Positions 12,901 to 25,239 of a stretch of 64,000 nucleotides of DNA are shown here, one piece after another (within the stretch, counting starts at the first letter, position 1; the number at the start of each line of letters is the position of its first letter). The notes beneath the pieces were generated by a model, which was given only the letters and a program-made list of their open reading frames with translations, had not been told where the DNA came from and ran no database searches. The position numbers were made by a program, and so were the translations under genes. The stretch is from Isurus oxyrinchus. Lineage: Eukaryota. Location of the stretch: positions 62,001-126,000 of the forward strand of contig JANJGN010000724.1 of assembly GCA_026770705.1 (NCBI GenBank). Direction: 5' to 3'.

Positions 12901-15900
12901 AAGAGAGAATCTAACCATCTCCCCTTGATATTCAATCACTTTCCCATCGCTGAATCCCCCACAATCAACTTCCTGGGGGATGTTACCCAAACATCGAACT
13001 GGACCGGCCATAAATACTGTGGCTACAGGAGCCGGTCAGAGGCTGGGAATTCTGTAGGGGTGAAAAACTCACCACCAACTCCTCAAGGGCAATTAGGGAT
13101 GGGTAATAAATGCTGGTCTAGATAGATACAGCCACTTCCCATGAATGTACAAAAAGAAAAACACCGGCAGTGACCATTATAAAAGTTGACATAGAAACTT
13201 AAAACAGGAAAGAAACCTTGACATGCACATAGACACCAAATAGAGAGAGATGTATCATGGAGTCTTGCTGTGCACTGTGTTTGCTCACAATGAAACCTTT
13301 ATTTGTATTTAGATGGACCACAGAATCTCTCAATTACTTCTCTTGATATGATTAATGCTTCATCGATCAATATAATTGAGGGGAATTCTGCAGTGATAAT
13401 CTGCTCTGTCGAGAGCTTCCCAGCTTCTAACCTGACGTGGCGACATCTTAATGTCCCAATGAACAGAACAAGTTCCAACAATGAGCTGTGGTTGGTGATT
13501 CCTCACGTTACATCCAGGGACACTGGAGACTATCAGTGTGTGGCAGAGAATGAACATGGAGCAGTGGAGGGATTTATAACCATCACTGTGGAACGTGAGT
13601 TACACAGAATTGAACATTCTGTTTTTATTAGCTCATGGGATATGGGCATTGTTGACAAGGCCAGAAATTATTGCCCATCTGTTACTGCCCCTTGAGAAGG
13701 TGGTGGTGAGCTGCCTTCTTTAACTACTGCAGTCCATCTGGTGTAGGCACACCCACAGTGCTGTTAGGGAGGGAGTTCCATGATTTTGTCCCAGCGACGG
13801 TGAAGGTACGGCCGATATATTTCCAAATCTCATGGAAGACCAACACCACAAGTTCGCCTCCAAGTCACACACCACACTGACTTGGAACTGTCTTGGTGGA
13901 AGAGGTTAAGGGTTTGGAAGGTGCTGTCGAAGGAGCCACGGTGAGTTGCTGCAGTGCGTCTTGTAGATGGTGCACACTGCTGCCATTGTGTGCCAGTGGT
14001 GGAGGGTATGAATGTTTATGCTGGTGGATGGGCTGTCGATCAAACAAGCTGCTCCTGGATGGTGTTGAGCTTCTTGAGTGTTGTTGGAGCTGCACTTATT
14101 CAGGCAATTGGAGATTATTCCATCACAATCCTGACTTGTGCCTTGTCCGATGGTGGACAGGCTTTGGGGGGTCAGGAGTTGAATTACTCACCACAGAGTT
14201 CCCAGCCTCTGACCCGCTCTTGTAGCCACATTATTTCCTGTTGCTGGGTTGTTCCAGGGCCAATAGCCTTTGCTGTATCCAGTATCATCAGCTGATTCCT
14301 GATGTCACGTGGAGTCAATCGAATTGTCTGAAAGCTGACATCTGTGATGCTGGGACCCTCTGGAGGAGGCCGAGATGGAGCATCCACTCAGCACTTCTGG
14401 CTGAACATGGTTGCCAATGCTTCAGCCTTGTCATTTGCACTGATGTGCTGAGCTCCCCCATCATTAAGGATGGGGATATTTGTGGAACATCCTCCTCCTG
14501 TTAGATCTTTAATTGTCCATCACCCTTCATGACTGGATGTGGCAGGACTGCAGAGCTTAGATCTGACCCGTTGCTTGTGGGATCGCTTTGCTCTGTCTAT
14601 AGCATGTTGTTTCCGCTGTTTGGTGTGTATGTAGTCCTGTGTGTCACCTCAGCAGCTTGGCACCTCTGTTATATGTGAATCCTCCTTATAGAAACCTGCA
14701 TGTACATGGATATTATCAATAAATATTACATAGATAAATGTTATTTGTACAGAGCTTTCATGCATAGACAATATCACTTCACAAGTTCAGAATTACTACA
14801 TGTACATAGGGAACCATTCTCAAACTGTACCGGAGTCATTCATTGGCTGATTTTACAGGGCGAGATTCCAATGAATGGAAAGCAGGATTGCTTGGAGCTG
14901 GAATCTGTTTGAGTGTTGGACTGAGTGGATTCTTCATCTTCAAGTGTGTGAGAAAGTAAGTGTGAAGCTTTAATTGGTTGTTTTCGAAAATGTTTTCTTC
15001 AACCTTCTCTCCTTATAGAAAGAACTTGCATTTCAATAGCACCTTTTACAATCCAAAACCCTTCACAGCCCCTGAAGAGTTTTGATGTTCACCTACTGTT
15101 TAACATCTCATCCAACACTCACTGTTTCACAACTCAGTCCTGTAACTGGCAGTGTTGACCCGGACCATAAGATACCTTGTGACCTCCTGAGGATGTGAAA
15201 GGTGCTATATAAATGAATGCAATCTCACTTTTGTTAGTGAATGCAATCTCTTTCCATTTTCCATGATTCATTCACTGTCTCTTATCTCCACTAATGCACG
15301 CCTTCTCATTCTTTCTCTCATTCACTCTCTCTCTAATCTCCACTAATTCTCTCCTTCTCATTCTCTCTCTCATTCACTCTCTCTCCAATCTCCACTAATG
15401 CTCTCCTTCTCATTCTCTCTCTCGTCCTCTTACACGTTGTTCAGTCTCTCACATTTTTAAGGAGCGCTGAGCAACATCCGCTCCTTCAGAAGATCCACCT
15501 CAACACCTGGAGTGAGCAGTGAATTGAAACTCGCTCAACGACAGCTCAGCTTTACACAGGAATCACGTCACAGAGTCAGGACACAAAGGGTTAACAGTTT
15601 GCTTACAACACAACACTAAGGCCCTACATTTCAGTGAAACGGTTTTCACAATTGTTCCCCAATTCCTGATTTGACTCACAGAGACACATCCACCCTTTCT
15701 CATTAAATACACAGAGGGAGCAGCACAGGAAGAGGTCATTCAGCCCAAGCAGAGCGTGTGGGCAGTTCCTCCCCAGGCGAGCAGTCGGACAGGTACTGGG
15801 TAAGTAACGGAACGATTGGAATTCACTTCCACCACCAACACCGTCCTTTGTTGATGTTGTGACTTTATAAAGACAGATTCCAATGATTGATGCCTTTGAA

Positions 15901-18900
15901 AGATTTCTACTGATTATTGAGATCTGGGTGTGAGGCTCAGGTTTGTTGTACAGAACATCTTTCTGGTTAAATTATGCAGACAGGTTACACACAGTCTACG
16001 ATTATATTCCCTCGGGTCTAGAAGATTAAGGAGTGATCTAATTGAGGGTTTCAAACTGATTAAACACTCGATAGGGTCAATAGAGGGAAGCTATTCCCTC
16101 GGGTGGGGGTGGGTGGTGGGGGTCGGGTGGAGTCCAGAACAAGGGGGCTGGAACTTCAGATTGGAGCCAGGCCATTCAGGGGTGATGTCAGGAAGCACTT
16201 CTTCACACAAAGGGGAGTGGAAATCTGGAACTCTCTCCCCAATAATCAAACCCAACACCGAATACACATCATGTTGATTGTCACTCTGTCCATTTCCATC
16301 TCTATTACAGAAGAGAGGCGAGGGGAAAGCAGGAATCAAATCGAACCACCGTGTTGATGAATATCGAGGTCCTGTTTATGAAAACTGTGAACATGGTTGG
16401 GCTTTGAGGAATCAGGTGAGTCACACACCACAGGATCCCCAGCCTCTCAGCTGCTCCAGTAGCCTGGTTATTGATATGGCTGCTCCAGTCCTGTATCTGC
16501 AATGTTTTATACAGTCACTCCCAAACCCAACCAAACTCACACCCAACACCGTTCAGAATCAATAATCAAACCCCGTTCAGTATCAATAATCAAACCCCGT
16601 TCAGAATCAATAATCAAACCCCGTTCAGAATCAATAATCACACCCCGTTCAGTATCAATAATCAAACCCCGTTCAGTATCAATAATCAAACCCCGTTCAG
16701 TATCAATAATCAAACCCCGTTCAGAATCAATAATCAAACACCGTTCAGTATCAATAATCAAACCCCGTTCAGTATCAATAATCAAACCCCGTTCAGAATC
16801 AATAATCACAACCCGTTCAGTATCAATAATCAAACCCCGTTCAGAATCAATAATCAAACCCTGTTCAGTACCAATAATCAAACCCCGTTCAGTATCAATA
16901 ATCAAACCCCATTCAGAATCAATAATCAAACCCCGTTCAGAATCAATAATCAAACCCCGTTCAGTATCAATAATCAAACCCCGTTCAGTATCAATAATCA
17001 AACCCCATTCAGAATCAATAATCAAACATCATTCAGTATCAATAATCAAACCCCGTTCAGAATTAATAATCAAACCCCGTTCAGTATCAAAAATCAACCC
17101 CCTTTCAGAATCAATAATCAAACACTGTTCAGAATCAATAATCAAACTCCGTTCAGGTTCAACAATCAAACATCGTTTAGTATCAATAATCAAACCCCGT
17201 TCAGTATCAATAATCAAAACCCGTTCAGAATCAATAATCAAACCCCGTTCAGAATTAATAATCAAATCCCGTTCAGTATCAATAATCAAACCCCATTCAG
17301 AATCAATAATCAAACACCATTCAGTATCAATAATCAAACCCCGTTCAGAAAGAATAATCAAACCCCGTTCAGAATCAATAATCAAACCCCGTTCAGTATC
17401 AATAATCAACCCCCTTTCAGAATCAATAATCAAACCCTGTTCAGAATCCATAATCAAACTCTGTTCAGGTTCAATAATCAAACACCGTTTAGAATCAATA
17501 ATCAAACCCCGTTCAGTATCAATAATCAAACCCCATTCAGAATCAATAATCAAACACCATTCAGTATCAATAATCAAACCCCGTTCAGAATGAATAATCA
17601 AACCCCGTTCAGAATCAATAATCAAACCCCGTTCAGTATCAATAATCAACCCCCTTTCAGAATCAATAATCAAACCCTGTTCAGTATCAATAATCAAACT
17701 CCGTTCAGGTTCAATAATCAAACACCGTTTAGAATCAATAATCAAACCCCGTTCAGTATCAATAATCAAACCCCGTTCAGTATCAATAATCAAACCCCAT
17801 TCAGAATCAATAATCATACATCATTCAGTATCAATAATCAAACCCCATTCAGAATTAATAATCAAACCCCGTTCAGTATCAAAAATCAACCCCCTTTCAG
17901 AATCAATAATCAAACACTGTTCAGAATCAATAATCAAACTCTGTTCAGGTTCAACAATCAAACATCGTTTAGAATCAATAATCAAACCCCGTTCAGTATC
18001 AATAATCAAAACCCGTTCAGAATCAATAATCAAACCACGTTCAGAATTAATAATCAAACCCTGTTCAGTATCAATAATCAAACCCCATTCAGAATCAATA
18101 ATCAAGCACCATTCAGTATCAATAATCAAACCCCGTTCAGAATGAATAATCAAATCCCGTTCAGAATCAATAATCAAACACCGTTCAGTATCAATAATCA
18201 ACCCCCTTTCAGAATCAATAATCAAACCCCGTTCAGAATCAATAATCAAACACCATTCAGTATCAATAATCAAACCCCGTTCAGAATTAATAATCAAACC
18301 CCGTTCGGAATCAATAATCAAACCCCGTTCAGTATCAATAATCAACCCCATTTCAGAATCAGTAATCAAACACTGTTCAGAATCAATAATCAAACACCGT
18401 TCAGTATCAATAATCAAACTCCATTCAGATCCAATAATCAAACACCGTTTAGAATCTATAACCAAACCCCGTTCAGTATCAATAATCAACCCCAGTTCAG
18501 AATCAACAATCAAACTCCATTCAGGTTCAATAATCAAACAACGTTTAGAATCAATAATCAAACATCGTTTAGAATCAATAATCAAACCCCGTTCAGTATC
18601 AATAATCAAACCCCTTTCAGAATCAATAATCAAACCCCGTTCAGTATCAATAATCAAACGCCGTTCAGAATCAATAATCAAACACCGTTCAGTATGAATA
18701 ATCAAACCCCTTTCAGAATCAATAATCAAACCCCGTTCAGAATCAATAATCAAACCCCATTCAGAATCCATAATCAAACCCCTTTCAGAATCCATAATCA
18801 AACCCCTTTCAGGATCATTATTCAAACCCTGTTCAGGATCAATAATCAAACCCCGTTCAGAATCCATAATCAAACCCCTTTCAGAATCAATAATCAAACC

Positions 18901-21900
18901 CCTTTCAGAATCAATAAACAAAACCACTTCAGTATCAATAATCACACCCCGTTCAGTATCAATAATCAAACGCCGTTCAGAATCAATAATCAAACACTGT
19001 TCAGGATCAATAATCAAACCCCGTTCAGAATCAATAATCAAAGCCCATTCAGAATTAATAATCAAACCCCGTTCAGTATCAAAAATCAACCCACTTTCAG
19101 AATCAATAATCAAACACTGTTCAGAATCAATAATCAAACTCCGTTCAGGTTCAACAATCAAACATCGTTTAGTATCAATAATCAAACCCCGTTCAGTATC
19201 AATAATCAAAACCCGTTCAGAATCAATAATCAAACCCCGTTCAGAATTAATAATCAAATCCCGTTCAGTATCAATAATCAAACCCCATTCAGAATCAATA
19301 ATCAAACACCGTTCAGTATCAATAATCAAACCCCGTTCAGAAAGAATAATCAAACCCCGTTCAGAATCAATAATCAAACCCCGTTCAGTATCAATAATCA
19401 ACCCCCTTTCAGAATCAATAATCAAACCCTGTTCAGAATCCATAATCAAACTCTGTTCAGGTTCAATAATCAAACACCGTTTAGAATCAATAATCAAACC
19501 CCGTTCAGTATCAATAATCAAACCCCATTCAGAATCAATAATCAAACACCATTCAGTATCAATAATCAAACCCCGTTCAGAATGAATAATCAAACCCCGT
19601 TCAGAATCAATAATCAAACCCCGTTCAGTATCAATAATCAACCCCCTTTCAGAATCAATAATCAAACCCTGTTCAGTATCAATAATCAAACTCCGTTCAG
19701 GTTCAATAATCAAACACCGTTTAGAATCAATAATCAAACCCCGTTCAGTATCAATAATCAAACCCCGTTCAGTATCAATAATCAAACCCCATTCAGAATC
19801 AATAATCATACATCATTCAGTATCAATAATCAAACCCCATTCAGAATTAATAATCAAACCCCGTTCAGTATCAAAAATCAACCCCCTTTCAGAATCAATA
19901 ATCAAACACTGTTCAGAATCAATAATCAAACTCTGTTCAGGTTCAACAATCAAACATCGTTTAGAATCAATAATCAAACCCCGTTCAGTATCAATAATCA
20001 AAACCCGTTCAGAATCAATAATCAAACCACGTTCAGAATTAATAATCAAACCCTGTTCAGTATCAATAATCAAACCCCATTCAGAATCAATAATCAAGCA
20101 CCATTCAGTATCAATAATCAAACCCCGTTCAGAATGAATAATCAAATCCCGTTCAGAATCAATAATCAAACACCGTTCAGTATCAATAATCAACCCCCTT
20201 TCAGAATCAATAATCAAACCCCGTTCAGAATCAATAATCAAACACCATTCAGTATCAATAATCAAACCCCGTTCAGAATTAATAATCAAACCCCGTTCGG
20301 AATCAATAATCAAACCCCGTTCAGTATCAATAATCAACCCCATTTCAGAATCAGTAATCAAACACTGTTCAGAATCAATAATCAAACACCGTTCAGTATC
20401 AATAATCAAACTCCATTCAGATCCAATAATCAAACACCGTTTAGAATCTATAACCAAACCCCGTTCAGTATCAATAATCAACCCCAGTTCAGAATCAACA
20501 ATCAAACTCCATTCAGGTTCAATAATCAAACAACGTTTAGAATCAATAATCAAACATCGTTTAGAATCAATAATCAAACCCCGTTCAGTATCAATAATCA
20601 AACCCCTTTCAGAATCAATAATCAAACCCCGTTCAGTATCAATAATCAAACGCCGTTCAGAATCAATAATCAAACACCGTTCAGTATGAATAATCAAACC
20701 CCTTTCAGAATCAATAATCAAACCCCGTTCAGAATCAATAATCAAACCCCATTCAGAATCCATAATCAAACCCCTTTCAGAATCCATAATCAAACCCCTT
20801 TCAGGATCATTATTCAAACCCTGTTCAGGATCAATAATCAAACCCCGTTCAGAATCCATAATCAAACCCCTTTCAGAATCAATAATCAAACCCCTTTCAG
20901 AATCAATAAACAAAACCACTTCAGTATCAATAATCACACCCCGTTCAGTATCAATAATCAAACGCCGTTCAGAATCAATAATCAAACACTGTTCAGGATC
21001 AATAATCAAACCCCGTTCAGAATCAATAATCAAAGCCCATTCAGAATCCATAATCAAACCCCCTTCAGTATCAATAATCAAACCCCATTCAGAATCAATA
21101 ATCAAACCCTGTTCAGAATCAATAATCAAACCCCGTTCAGTATCAATAATGAAACTCCGTTCAGGTTCAATAATCAAACACCGTTTAGAATCAATAATCA
21201 AACCCCGTTCAGTATCAATAATCAAACCTCGTTCAGAATCAATAATCAAACACCATTCAGTATCAATAATCAAACCCCGTTCAGAATTAATAATCAAAAC
21301 CCGTTCGGAATCAATAATCAAACCCCGTTCAGTATCAATAATCAACCCCCTTTCAGAATCAGTAATCAAACACTGTTCAGAATCAATAATCAAACACCAT
21401 TCAGTATCAATAATCAAACTCCATTCAGATTCAATAATCAAACACCGTTTAGAATCTATAATCAAACCCCGTTCAGTATCAATAATCAACCCCAGTTCAG
21501 AATCAATAATCAAACTCCATTCAGGTTCAATGATCAAACAACGTTTAGAATCAATAATCAAACACCGTTTAGAATCAATAATCAAACCCCGTTCAATGTC
21601 AATAATCAAACCCCGTTCAGTATCAATAATCAAACCCCGTTCGGAATCAATAATCAAACCCCGTTCAGTATCAATAATCAACCCCCTTTCAGAATCAGTA
21701 ATCAAACACTGTTCAGAATCAATAAACAAACACCGTTCAGTATCAATAATCAAACTCCATTCAGATTCAATAATCAAACACCGTTTAGAATCTATAATCA
21801 AACCCCGTTCAGTATCAATAATCAACCCCAGTTCAGAATCAACAATCAAACTCCATTCAGGTTCAATAATCAAACAACGTTTAGAATCAATAATCAAACA

Positions 21901-24206
21901 TCGTTTAGAATCAATAATCAAACCCCGTTCAATGTCAATAATCAAACCCCGTTCAGTATCAATAATCAAACGCCGTTCAGAATCAATAATCAAACGCCGT
22001 TCAGAATCAATAATCAAACCCTGTTCAGTATCAATAATCAAACCCCTTTCAGAATCAATAATCAAACCCCGTTCAGAATCAATAATCAAACCCCGTTCAG
22101 AATCCATAATCAAACCCCTTTCAGAATCCATAATCAAACCCCTTTCAGGATCATTATTCAAACCCTGTTCAGGATCAATAATCAAACCCCGTTCAGAATC
22201 CATAATCAAAACCCTTTCAGAATCAATAATCAAACCCCGTTCAGTATCAATAATAATCAAACCCCGTTCAGTATCAATAATCAACCCCCTTTCAGAATCA
22301 ATAATCAAACCCCGTTCAGTATCAATAATAATCAAACCCCGTTCAGTATCAATAATCAACCCCCTTTCAGAATCAATAATCAAACCCTGTTCAGTATCAA
22401 TAATCAAACTCCGTTCAGGTTCAATAATCAAACACCGTTTAGAATCAATAATCAAACCCCGTTCAGTATCAATAATCAAACCCCGTTCAGTATCAATAAT
22501 CAAACCCCATTCAGAATCAATAATCATACATCATTCAGTATCAATAATCAAACCCCATTCAGAATTAATAATCAAACCCCGTTCAGTATCAAAAATCAAC
22601 TCCCTTTCAGAATCAATAATCAAACAGTGTTTAGAATCAATAATCAAACTCTGTTCAGGTTCAACAATCAAACCCCGTTCAGAATCAATAATCAAAACCC
22701 TTTCAGAATCAATAATCAAACCCCGTTCAGTATCAATAATAATCAAACCCCGTTCAGTATCAATAATCACACCCCGTTCAGTATCAATAATCAAACGCCG
22801 TTCAGAATCAATAATCAAACCCTGTTCAGGATCAACAATCAAACCCCGTTCAGAATCAATAATCAAACCCCATTCAGAATCCATAATCAAACCCCGTTCA
22901 GTATCAATAATCAAACCCCATTCAGAATCAATAATCAAACCCTGTTCAGAATCAATAATCAAACCCCGTTCAGTATCAATAATCAAACTCCGTTCAGGTT
23001 CAATAATCAAACACCGTTTAGAATCAATAATCAAACCCCGTTCAGTATCAATAATCAAACCCCGTTCAGAATCAATAATCAACCACCATTCACTATCAAT
23101 AATCAAACCCCGTTCAGAATTAATAATCAAACCCCGTTCGGAATCAATAATCAAACCCCGTTCAGTATCAATAATCAACCCCCTTTCAGAATCAGTAATC
23201 AAACACTGTTCAGAATCAATAATCAAACACCATTCAGTATCAATAATCAGACTCCATTCAGATTCAATAATCAAACACCGTTTAGAATCTATAATCAAAC
23301 CCCGTTCAGTATCAATAATCAACCCCAGTTCAGAATCAATAATCAAACTCCATTCAGGTTCAATAATCAAACAACGTTTAGAATCAATAATCAAACACCG
23401 TTTAGAATCAATAATCAAACCCCGTTCAATGTCAATAATCAAACCCCGTTCAGTATCAATAATCAAACACCGTTCAGAATCAATAATCAAACCCCGTTCA
23501 GTATCAATAATCAAACCCCTTTCAGAATCAATAATCAAACCCCGTTCAGAATCAATAATCAAACCCCATTCAGAATCCAAAATCAAACCCCTTTCAGAAT
23601 CCATAATCAAACCCCTTTCAGGATCAATATTCAAACCCTGTTCAGGATCAATAATCAAACCCCGTTCAGAATCCATAATCAAACCCCTTTCAGAATCAAT
23701 AATCAAACCCCTTTCAGAATCAATAATCAAACCCCGTTCAGTATCAATAATCAAACCCCGTTCAGTATCAATAATCAAACCCCTTTCAGAATCCATAATC
23801 AAACCCCTTTCAGGATCAATATTCAAACCCTGTTCAGGATCAATAATGAAACCCCGTTCAGAATCAATAATCAAACCCCTTTCAGAATCAATAAACAAAC
23901 CCCGTTCAGTATCAATAATCAAACACTGTTCAGAATCAATAATCAAACCCCGTTCAGGATCAATAATCAAACCCTGTTCAGTATCAATAATTAATGTATC
24001 TATTGTGGGTGGAATTTTCGATTTGGATCAATAATACTAAACACTGATCACTCTGATTGTCACTCTGATCATTTCTGTTTCTATTACAGAAGAAAGATGA
24101 GAAGTATCTGGAAATGAAATCTAACCGCGGAGTCAATCCTGATACAGATGATGATCTTTACGCAAACTGTGAATTTGCTGAGGATTCTGTTTATGGGAAT
24201 TTATAA
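3862..24206 (+). CDS. Gene A: Siglec-like receptor, V + 4 C2/I-set Ig domains + TM + Tyr-motif tail. Exons 3862-3901, 4764-5132, 5992-6288, 10693-10974, 11935-12216, 13313-13594, 14859-14955, [unresolved linker], 16311-16415, 24090-24206
   Basis: All exons from leader to TM are GT-AG bounded, phase-compatible and stop-free. The join from TM (ends phase 2) to 16311 (phase 0) is unresolved. Confidence 0.8.
4764..5132 (+). CDS. Gene A Siglec V-set domain exon
   Basis: GSCVQIPC, W, RTRLSGDLKDGDCSLII and EDAGPYFFRIE: Siglec-specific Cys pattern and essential F-strand Arg; 369 nt, phase 1-1. Confidence 0.93.
5992..6288 (+). CDS. Gene A Ig domain 2 (Siglec C2-set) exon
   Basis: DFTDKPTIFP...VSCTFNTTCNGTAAPVLTW...SVLTLIPSLKHHGHTLSCRV: C-x5-C including the inter-domain Cys; 297 nt, phase 1-1. 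Confidence 0.92.
6657..8720 (-). mobile_element. Degenerate CR1-type LINE in a gene A intron
   Basis: ORF fragments 7060..7341 (LQLYKVLVRLHMGYYVPFWSP) and 8257..8691 (VKTDCKSFYKYVK...MAEELNIYFGSVFTKED). Confidence 0.85.
8850..9845 (+). mobile_element. Degenerate Gypsy LTR retrotransposon pol fragment with integrase upstream of RT (Gmr1-like order)
   Basis: Integrase core LVDC..PL...MD.TTRFPETIPL...YGLPLEIQSDQGS; GPY/F module ARFSGPYKVIRR at ~9550; then RT N-terminus FCIDYRKVNAAIKPDSYPIPRLED at ~9720-9843. Confidence 0.8.
10693..10974 (+). CDS. Gene A Ig domain 3 exon (282 nt)
   Basis: GPQNLS...CSVESFPASNLTW...DTGDYQCVAENEHG; AG/GT bounded, phase 1-1. Confidence 0.92.
11935..12216 (+). CDS. 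Gene A Ig domain 4 exon (282 nt, tandem duplicate)
   Basis: Near-identical to 10693-10974; intact splice sites. Confidence 0.9.
13313..13594 (+). CDS. Gene A Ig domain 5 exon (282 nt, tandem duplicate)
   Basis: Near-identical to 10693-10974; intact splice sites. Confidence 0.9.
13620..14660 (-). mobile_element. Rearranged LINE fragments (same family as 35596-37565 and 61310-63360)
   Basis: Shares long nucleotide matches with the RT-bearing copies; ORF 14184..14387 has PSITDVSFQTIRLTPRDI...LDTAKAIGP. Confidence 0.75.
14859..14955 (+). CDS. Gene A transmembrane exon (R)RDSNEWKAGLLGAGICLSVGLSGFFIFKCVR(K)
   Basis: ttttacAG acceptor and AA|GTAAGT donor; 97 nt, the same length as and homologous to the gene D TM exon 58810-58906. 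Confidence 0.88.
15580..15965 (+). promoter_or_regulatory. Extra copy of the promoter/exon-1/intron-1 module downstream of the gene A TM exon
   Basis: Near-identical to 3285-3575 and 28140-28510; ends abruptly at a CR1 fragment (~15965-16240). Confidence 0.7.
16311..16415 (+). CDS. Cytoplasmic exon KRGEGKAGIKSNHRVDEYRGPVYENCEHGWALRNQ
   Basis: ctattacAG acceptor, CAG|GTGAGT donor, 105 nt phase 0-0, VYEN motif; homologous to the exon at 24090. Confidence 0.72.
16544..23991 (+). repeat. 24-bp minisatellite (AATAATCAAACCCCGTTCAG[A/T]ATC)n, ~310 copies, intronic
   Basis: Direct tandem repeat with higher-order periodicity (1992 bp = 83 units). Confidence 0.97.
24090..24206 (+). CDS. Terminal cytoplasmic exon KKDEKYLEMKSNRGVNPDTDDDLYANCEFAEDSVYGNL*
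   Basis: ctattacAG acceptor, phase 0 in frame with 16311-16415; three Tyr motifs preceded by acidic residues; TAA 24204-24206. Frame absent from the ORF track. Confidence 0.78.
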   Translation, partial: KKDEKYLEMKSNRGVNPDTDDDLYANCEFAEDSVYGNL

Positions 24207-25239
24207 ACTGAGCAAGAATGAGACACACACAGTGTGGGGAGAATACAGAACGGGTGAATCATTCAAAACTCTAATTTACCTTCCTAATATCCACAGGAAC
24301 TCACTCCCAGGAAATAGATTTAAACCTCTTGTTACAATCTGATGGAATTTCTTCGGAATGATCTATCCAGGATGATTGTCTGTGGGTTTCAATTCGAACA
24401 TCCTCCTTCAGAATTGTCCCTCACTGTTGGAAACATCCTTCTCTCCATTCTGATTGTAAATGTCTTTAGATATCGTTCGATGATGTACCAGGACAGAACG
24501 GACAAATTCAATCCCGTGTCCGTGATTATGAGTTAATTTTCATTCTGTTATTCACCTTGCTGTCTGTCAGTGTTTAGAATATTCATCAGCCAGTGTAGAC
24601 TTCAGGAAATGCAGTATCGGTGGATAATTGGAACAGAGGAGATTGGTAAAATTTACACCATTTTGTAGTCAAATGTATTTTCAGAAATATATTTGGATTT
24701 TACACTTCATTGTTAAACAGCGAAACGAACAACAATCTGGGATACAATTTGATTGGAGATTTGAGAAATTCTCTGCAGCTTAGAGGATAACATGTGCCAC
24801 CAATGATGGGAGTTCATCAGTACAACGTGACATGTTTACATTGATATAGCCAATGAACATAGGAAATTATGATGTGAAAAATTGGTTGCAGGTTTATCTT
24901 CTTCAACATGTCATGGATGGATGAGACAGCTTTGATAACAGAATGAGATAGAGCTGCAATAAACCATCATTTTAGTCTTTCACGCTTGGAGAGTACAATT
25001 AGCATCCATCCTGATGGCTGAGTGGATGGGTGGACTGTGCGATGTGTTACAGATTACAGAGACCAACATCCTTGATCCTGGTTCCGCTCTGTGTTTGATG
25101 AGATGCTTGGATAAAAGATTGGGAAAATAAATAATCCTCCTGCATTGATCTGTATCTGGTCTCTCCCTCTATCAATGTCCTGAGGACAGAATTGGGTTCC
25201 ATGTCCAAAATCAGACACATGCTTTGACTGCCCATTGAA

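Noticed and set aside
14877-14885. Lys in the gene A TM exon (EWKAGLL) as a DAP12-binding residue
   Set aside because: It sits at the extracellular edge next to the interfacial Trp, not within the helix
15019-15086. Candidate phase-2 cytoplasmic exon after the acceptor at 15017-15018
   Set aside because: Only a 63-nt intron, the sequence resembles a dispersed repeat (cf. ~5400-5480), and it stops with no donor
16471-24034. 2507-aa, 961-aa, 904-aa and other ORFs as stand-alone genes
   Set aside because: Products of a 24-bp tandem repeat with non-ATG or internal starts, open on both strands; kept only as a speculative splice hypothesis
3862-24206. Assigning gene A the symbol MAG, CD22 or CD33
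   Set aside because: Five Ig domains match MAG only because of recent exon triplication; the sequence is far from the highly conserved MAG, and orthology needs a phylogeny
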